A DNA stretch of 64,000 bases, from the NCBI GenBank assembly GCA_949358305.1, contig OX442314.1:3782001-3846000 (forward strand), read 5' to 3'. Positions 56,305 through 64,000 of this stretch are shown here, one piece after another (the first letter of the stretch is position 1; each line of letters starts with the position of its first letter). The DNA is from Strigamia acuminata (Eukaryota). The translations under genes and the position numbers were made by a program. The notes beneath the pieces are model-generated. The model was given only the letters and a program-made list of their open reading frames with translations. It was not told the DNA's origin and did not search any database.

Positions 56305-58356
56305 ATGAAGACCGTTTTGGATTTGCCGACTCTAAAACACATTTCGCTCGTGAAAACTTCGCTTTTATTGTGGAAATTCAAGGATAACGATATTTCTCTT
56401 ATTCTGACCACTTGCAATAAATTTACGACGGAGATTCACAAGAAGCAATGGTTGGAATTGCAAGAAACACTTTGTAATTGAGTGCACGCTTTCGCCATTC
56501 CGGTCAAATTAAAACCAATGCTGGATTCGTGTGTTAGGCACGTTGGAAAGCAATTGTGGGATTTGCTTCGATTCTTAGTCAGAGAGGTTTTCAACGGCGT
56601 CAACTCCGTCGACGTGAAATGTGCGAAAAGCATCATTCAATGCTCGCAATGGACAGTCCACGGTCAATTAGACGTCAATAAAACAGCACGAGTTATTTCA
56701 CACTTGCAATGCTTGAAAATGATGTCGAGATTCGCCGTCGCCGTCGTGTGTGGCGTCGCAGACGTCGTGCGAGATATTTGGAACGAACACGCCGACAGTT
56801 TGCGAATACGTTTCGACAAGCAAAAGGAGTTGAACTTGAGAAGTACGATGTATGAATTCTGGAAAAGGACGATGATTAATAATAATAATCCCACACGAGA
56901 CGAGAAATGGAAAATGTTTTTCCTGTGCGTAGACAAGTCCAACCAATGCGGCGTGGAGTACGTGTGGTCGCTCATGAGTCCGCTCGAAAGAAACGAGATC
57001 GTCGAGCGACTCATTCAAAGCGAAAGTGCCATGGAAGACTTGATCGATCACTTCAATTACAAAACAAACGTCGATGACCGCAACAAACACAGCGATGATT
57101 GTTTCTGCACTTTCGAGATGGGCATCACCAACTTCCTGCTCGCCGAAATGGACGAACGACAACTTGCAGCCCTTTTGTACTCGGACTACGGATTGAGATG
57201 TGTGTCGCCTTTGCTCATGCATTTGTCGGACGTGAGCGACTCGTTCGCACCCACGTTGAGCCGCGTCCTCAACGTAATCGCGTCCAGTTACGACTTCAAT
57301 GACATGATCTGTAAAACCACGCAAATTACTTGGAAACAATCGTGCGACATGGAAGAGTGTATGTTTCGTTTTTGGTTAAATGCTCCGCCCGAAATCAAGC
57401 GCAATCATTACGGCATTAAACATTGGTTCATTTTTCTCAGCTTGTGTAAGACGAGGGATTTCGACAACCTGCACTTGCTGTTCAACGACGCCAGTGTCGA
57501 ACTGAGGAGGCGCATTTTGTCCAAATGCATCGCCGAGTTCCATTATAACGGTCTAAGCAAATTCTATTGGGATTTTTACGAGTTGGCGGCTAAAAAGTAC
57601 ATACACACGAGCGAACAAATGGCCATTTTCAAAACGCAGTGTTCCCACTTTGCGTACGACGTAGGACGCGCCGTTCTTCGCGAAGAAACGGACGAGAGCC
57701 GGTGGGCGAGACTCGACAGGTTTTTCACCTTCACTTTTGCAAATGATACAATGAGCAATCAGCTGAAAAAAGCTATTCTCATCGACCACTTCACCGATTG
57801 GGAGCCGGTGGAAGAAATGATTGAAAGATTTCGAAATTGGCTTCCCGAAACTGTGTCCGAAGAACTGAGCGAGTGCGAGCTCAAAGAAAGTTTGCCGCCA
57901 CTGTCCATTCATTTTCAGCAAGACTTCAAAACGACTGCGTTGTTGTTGAGCGAGAATACAGAGCGCGAACGAGAATTCAGAAGAAACGTGTCCACTTGTT
58001 TTGATAAAATCTCGAGGATTATTGATGCTTGTCAAGCTGGAAAACTGGATAAAGATGCTTTGCGAATAAATTCGGACGACGAAATGGCGGTTTTCAAGCA
58101 ATTTTGCCGTTGCCTCGCTCACAAAGCAAGCGCATACTTGGCCGAGCGCTGTCAAAAGTCGATGCTAGAAGGGTTTGTGAAGTCTTGCTTCGACAATTGC
58201 CCCGACATTGCGAGTTATTGCATGAGGTGCTTGCCGTTTCAACGCGCCTTCATTTTGCAAGACCATAAGGCCAGAATCCAAATCGATGCGATAAGTGCAG
58301 AATTTGGTTTTAGTCCAAAAGAAATGAAAGAGATAAGAGCAACTTACATCCATTAA
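56305..58356 (+). pseudogene. Intronless host gene (~683 codons), uncharacterised protein with N-terminal BC-box-like motif and one in-frame TGA at 56479-56481
   Basis: ORFs 56296-56481 and 56482-58356 are in the same frame; GCCATGA start; LPTLKHISLVKTSLLLW motif; AATAAA near 58434. Confidence 0.7.
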
Positions 58357-59200
58357 ATTAATTTATTTTTATTGTATTGTATTATTGTGTCAAATTTATA
58401 ACATGTCATTTCTAAATGTTTTATTCTTAATTAAATAAACACTACAAATTTTTTTAAAAAAATTGGTTGGGAAGGTAATTTCAGTGTAGTTACAGAAGGA
58501 AGCTCAAATTGCTGTTTATTTCCACCGGATGACAAAAAAGTAAAGCCTGCAGCATCTTTCTGATACAATATACTTGTATGAATTTAGCATTAAATTCTGC
58601 CTTGGAAACTGCTAAAACATTTAAACAAATCATACATTGTAATGACAACCCCTGGCAAAAATTATTTGATCGGCCACCACTTGAGCTGATTCGAGTTGAA
58701 AATGTTTTATTTTGCAGTCTTTAGAAATAATTAATAATAACATTTTATCCAGTGAATAAATCAACTCAAATGGAACAATTTAGTCATTATTTGAAAAATA
58801 TTAAACAAAATAAAAAATAGTTATAGAAATCTTTGTTATCCCACATGGAGAAAAAAGTATTCGATCACAGAAAACTTGGGAAAAAAGTATTCGATCAGGC
58901 CAAAAATAATCTATTATTAGTACTTTGTGGATCCTCCTCTTGCTCGAATGACAGCCTTTACACGTTGTGGCATTGAACAAACAAGTACTTGACAATATCC
59001 TAGTGGGAAATTTCTTTCCAACTTGCAGTTAAGGCTACCGCAAGTTCAGTTTTATTGGTTGGCTTTTTCTCCTGAATCTAAAGTTTCAACTTCCACCAGG
59101 CAGTGCTGTTTATTACAAATGAAATAAACCCTAATTTCAAATAAAAATATGATGAAATCCAAGGGCAGATCTAGCTTTAAGGGGGCCCTTTATCAATATA

Positions 59201-59958
59201 CAGGGTGTTCCAAAAGTCTGAACCACCCTAAATATTTTGTGAGCAATTGCATCTAAGCCAACTTTGATGAAGCGATCGTATAGGAAGTTGGATGAGAGCA
59301 ATCCAATGATGTCATTAAATTTGACCTTGAAGGCCATTTTCAAGGTCATTCATTTGCTAACTTCTAAACCAATCAGGTTAGAGCAAAATTTCCAATTAGA
59401 AAGTTGTAGAGCATCATCTAATTAGTCTAGAACTGTTCTTAAAAAAATTATCCCTCTCTGAAAAGTTTTGAGAAAAATAGGTTTGAAATGTTAGTCTACT
59501 CAGCTTTGTAACCTAAAACTATCATGTGGAATGTATTTCCAAAATAATTTATTTCCTTTCCTTTGGGTCTCCTCTCTTCTACTTACAAGTATGACCCAAT
59601 AAAGTGTCCTAATTGAGGATTAGCTTGGTTGCCTCAATAGTTTTAGGTTACAAAGCTGAGTAGACTAACGTTTCAAACATTTTTTTCTCAAAACTTTTCA
59701 GTAAGAGATAACTTTTTTAAGAACAGTTCTAGACTAATTAGGCCCTACTCTACAACTTTCTAATTGGAAATTTTGCTCTAACCTGATTGGTTTAGAAGTT
59801 AGGAAGTGAATGACCTTGAAAATGACCTTTGAGGTCAAATTTGAGGATGCCATCAGATTCGCAATGAATGAGATCCCATATGAGTTTTTTTTCAGTTTTC
59901 TGATATCTCAAGTATTTTGGAAATTACTTAGGAAGGTTCAGACTTTTGGCACACCCTG
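59201..59958. mobile_element. Tc1/mariner-like palindromic MITE (758 bp), core shared with 46787-47540
   Basis: TA-CAGGGTGTTCCAAAAGTCTGAACC...GGTTCAGACTTTTGGCACACCCTG-TA. Confidence 0.88.
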
Positions 59959-60180
59959 TATATGTTAGTGGCTCTTTAAAAAGTGGAAAATTATGTAAAT
60001 TTTAACTTTTGGCTCTTCCGTCTCAAAAGGTTGTCGACCCCTGGTATAGCCTTATGCCTCCAATGGTTAAGCTAACCGAACTCAAAAAGCACAATCAGTT
60101 TCATTGGTCGAGCCAGTTTACTACTAACTCCAGACTCCAGAAGTAGTTTTGATTTTTATTTATTTTTGTAATTGTTATTA

Positions 60181-61304
60181 CAGTCGAAACTCTCTATAAC
60201 GAATCGCAAGGGACCGGAAAATCGATTCGTTATAACGACAGTTCGTTGAAACGAATTAGGTTAAAAAAATTAAATTTTATCATAAACAATATTATTTAAT
60301 CATAGACATGCAAGTTTCATGTCAATTTTTTCCAAATTCTTTAAAATTGTTAAAAATTGTAGAACGGGGCAAATTAAACTCATCTGCTACAATTAGTGGC
60401 TTCTTGCCATTGTCAATGGCATTAAAAATATTCAACTTGTTCTCAATAAAAACTGCCTTTTGTTTGGCAGTCATTTTAAAACAGGAAAATTTTGATTTTC
60501 CTGTGCTTATGGGCATCGGATGTTGTGAGTCATGTGATCAGTTTTGAAAATTCGTTATAACGAGAGCTTATGGGTATTACAGTAGGCGCATTCAATAACT
60601 TCTCGTCTAAATATTTGTCTCGCACGAATTTTTAGACGAGAAGCCTCGTTTCTGAATGCAATCGTTTATTTCCCAAATAAACGATTGTTTAACTGCCAAA
60701 CTGGATCTGGGATTCCAGATCAAGTTCTAGGTTATATCCCGCTGCAAGTCGCATACGGGTATTTATTTCAAGTCGCATACGGTATTTATTTCGAAATTTT
60801 TCTTACCTCGGATTTTTCTATTGTTTCAATCCCTAATTATTATTATTACTATGGTGATGATTATTATCGTCATTCACTTCAAAAAAATTTAAAACAGCTG
60901 CAAAATTGTACTAATATCTCCGATCGTTGCGATCGATCTAACGAAGAATCAAGATGGCTGCCAACAATACCCGATTTGCACGAGTTTTCTCGTGGCACGA
61001 AGATTTAAACGACCTAAAAAGGTCGTGTATTTTCAGCCCGTTTAAACCCGTTTGCACGAGCTTTTAAACGAGAATCTCGTTTAAAAGTTCGTGGAAACGG
61101 GTTTAAACGACCGTTTTAGAGTTTTTGAATGCGCCTAGTGTACCTGAAAACTTCTTTGTTATAACGGATAATTCGTTATATCGAAATTCGTTATAACGAA
61201 AATATTTAACATGGTGTTCTATGGCTGGCCAACCAAGTCATTTTCAACAATTCGTGAAAGCGATAATTCGTTATATCGCGATTCGTTATAAAGAGTTTCG
61301 ACTG
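60181..61304 (-). mobile_element. Tigger/pogo deletion derivative retaining the transposase N-terminal HTH
   Basis: TA-CAGTCGAAACTCT...AGAGTTTCGACTG-TA; TTCGTTATA subterminal repeats; 60322-60516 minus encodes a CENP-B/psq-like HTH (KLNIFNAIDNGKKPLIVADEFNLPRSTI). Confidence 0.88.
60580..61140. mobile_element. CACTA-like MITE nested in the Tigger element
   Basis: TA-CAGTAGGCGCATTCAA...TTGAATGCGCCTAGTG-TA; termini related to 47563-49600. Confidence 0.78.
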
Positions 61305-62395
61305 TACTACTTTTAGTAATGTAATTTTGATTTTTCTCATTATAAAATGTTATTTCCATCATTGAAATTAAGTTTAACAATATCAAACTCATGTTTGTTA
61401 TGTTTATTGGTTACTACGTCTGGAAAGTAAACAAGTTTGAATTTTTGGCTGTTGCCTAGGCAATCGATTACAATGTCTGTACATTGCTTGCAATTCTGGT
61501 GTTTGGCTCTGCTTTTACGGATCACTACACCAGTAAACTGTAAAAACTGGGTGTTTTAGAAGCCTCGAGGTCGCACAGAATCGAAGGAATTGGAAGACGC
61601 GCCGTGCAGAGAAGTCGACATCGAGGAGGTGTTTTCCATTTGAGAAGCGATGACGCGGATTCGTGGAACCGGAAATACGTTTTGGTGTCATAATTTGTCA
61701 TAATCTTTCTTTGTCCTTGTTTTGTATTTTGTGAACCCCGAATAAATCAGTGTAATTTCCAATTTACCACGTGCAGCATGTCTTGGATTTTTGGTCAGAT
61801 TTTCAATCCATTTCAATCGTAAGTTTGATGCAGTTTTTGTCGAATATCAACGTGTGGATCTCTTTTGAACTTTCAAATAAACTGGCTCGACCAATAAGAC
61901 CGAGTGTCCTTTTTGAGTCCTGTTAGAGTATACTTAAGTTTTCCAACAATCTGTAATCAATGTAAATTCAATAGTATTGTAGTGTGTATGGACACTTATC
62001 GTTTACTAAATGAATATTCCCTTTATTTCTATCTCGCAGATCCAAAAATTAAATAAAATGCAATCCCTCAACAATTTTTTTGTGTAAAACCTACAAAAAA
62101 TTGCGTAAAGAATTAAATTTTGCAGATGGGAATAGCCAGGCCTGGGACAAAACCACAATGAAAATAACAAACAAGGTGTTCAAATATAAGTATCATTTTT
62201 AATGATCACGTCATAAATAAATATCGTATAGCGGTAACAGTTTTATAAATGCTCTGATAAAACAATGACATTAAATAGAAATTTTAAAAATTATACACAT
62301 TAATGTGCGTTTGTTCACATAATCAGTGATGACCAGACTCGACAAAAAAAATCGAAAAATAAAATTCGAAAAAATAAAATGAAATGAAATTTAAG

Positions 62396-63671
62396 TTATG
62401 TGACCGATTCTTCGACGACTCGCTGCTTGCGAGCAAAAGAGAGAAAAACTTGTTCCAGAGTTGCCTGACTCACGGAATAGTCTTCGAGATTAAACAGCGC
62501 TTTTGCCTTCTCCATCGACTCGAAGAGGTACGCCCATTTGGTCTCCACGTCCTTAATTTGGTAATGCACGAGTCCCTAAAACAAATAAATATAACTTAAT
62601 ACACAGTTTGCGGCAGCTACTTTTCTCTTGTAAAAACGCGCCACATTCATTTATCTTACTTGGTGTATGTCCTGAAGAACGGCACTCGGAAATGTCTGCT
62701 CAATGTATGTCTGTAATTCCGTCTGCTTATTTGTCATTAGATTTATGGTCGAACTAGCACCGGGCTTGAGTTTGGCTAAAATTGTAAACCCCTGACTGAA
62801 TTTGTTCTTCAGATGCTGGATCGGACCGAAACACTGAAACTGACCGTTCACCATAATGCCCACTCTGTTGCAGAGCACTTCACATTCCTCCATACTAGAA
62901 AATTTGTCCAAAATTAGTCAAAAATTTCATCACTATCATTCACTACATTCATTTACCTATGCGAAGTCAAAACAACCGATATTCCCCGCCCGTTAGCGCT
63001 TCTTAGAATGTCCCATATTTTTCTCCTGGCGACCGGGTCCACTCCGGTCGTGGGCTCATCCAAAAATACGACCGGCGGATCTCCGATGAATCCCATGGCT
63101 GCACTCAGTTTTCTTTTATTTCCACCGCTAAATAAATAATTTTTTTTTAAAATAACTTTGTTCTAATCAGTTAAGTCTCTTTATTTCGAATACCTGTAGA
63201 AAAGCGTGATTTTATCGGCATGCTCGGTGAGGTCAAAGTCCACGATGTACTGATCGACAACCGCCTTTATTTGGGAACTGCAAATTCCACGAAGGTGAGC
63301 AAAAACGGTGAGGATTTCTCGTCCGGTCAAGTAATCGATGAGCGCATCAAATTGCGGGCAATAGCCAACTTGCTTTAAAAACTAAACCAAATATAGTTAG
63401 GTTAATGCACTTGGATGGATGAAAAACCTATCGGGGCTTACTTGTCCTCGCTTGTGCCGTACACTAGACCTGTTAATGTAAGCATCGCCGTGAGTGATGA
63501 CCAAGTCGCCGGTAAGCATTTGAAATGTGGTCGTTTTGCCAGCGCCGTTAATTCCCAGCAGGCCAAAACATTCGGCGAAATGAACACCAAAACTCAAATC
63601 GTCAACGGCTGCAAAGTTGGAGAATACTTTCCTCAAGTCCTGCACCACCATAACATCGGTGTCGATGATGT
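62396..63671 (-). CDS. ABC transporter subfamily A (ABCA3-like), last five exons encoding NBD2: 63671-63442, 63381-63194, 63127-62957, 62894-62660, 62575-62396
   Basis: [59 protein letters not shown]; all introns GT-AG and in frame. Confidence 0.95.
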
Positions 63672-64000
63672 CTGTATGGAAACAAAAAATGCTCTACAAC
63701 TTTTCAATTGACATTGTTTCCTTTTAACGTTTGGAACAAACACCTTTCATTTACTTGTTAGTACAAGACAACCCTTGCTATTGCCATCAAACAGTTGGTG
63801 ATAACCAGAATTCATTGAAGTGAAATAATTTGTAATGGGAGAAATAAGAACAGGCAAACAACTACCGTATTTTATCGATTAAGAGCCACGGCTCTTATTC
63901 AAAACTGCCATTTTTGTCAGCAATTACAATTTCGGTTTTTCGTTCGTTACATTTGTTTAATGTAACACACAACCCAGTCTAAAGGTGGAAACACAAGGAA

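Noticed and set aside
56479..56481. Selenocysteine or programmed readthrough at TGA
   Set aside because: No SECIS-like structure or readthrough context recognised; nonsense mutation or error is simpler
60070..61930. Outer imperfect inverted repeat (ATTGGTCGAGCCAGTTTA) with a possible THAP-like remnant
   Set aside because: Probably another old DNA transposon, but boundaries, TSD and coding remnant could not be established

Overview
Eukaryotic (animal, very probably arthropod) genomic DNA. About 85% of it is nested transposable elements. 1-23523 is a Russian-doll stack: Gypsy A (minus strand, tRNA-Pro primer site) sits inside the 3' end of LTR element X, which sits in the gag of Gypsy B (plus strand). 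B also carries a hAT MITE (itself holding a Harbinger-type MITE) and Copia-1 (itself holding a CACTG element). 24240-44910 is a complete, very young Gypsy C (minus strand, 1014-bp LTRs, GTAT TSD) containing Copia-2 and a Tc1/pogo MITE. 46.7-54.9 kb holds MITEs, a probable Helitron and a structurally complete DIRS1-like tyrosine-recombinase retrotransposon. Host genes: internal exons of a small Cys-rich gene (23.6-24.2 kb), an intronless BC-box-like gene with one in-frame stop (56.3-58.4 kb), and the last five exons of an ABCA transporter (minus, 62.4-63.7 kb). Main highlights: (1) Gypsy B and C both carry, in the env position, a homologous spliced ~790-950-aa accessory gene that is not env, appears to have its own promoter, and is not recognisable to me. 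(2) Both Copia elements encode a methyl-CpG-binding (MBD-like) domain between integrase and RT, and each has independently inserted into that same Gypsy accessory gene. All alignments were done by eye; no database searches were possible.
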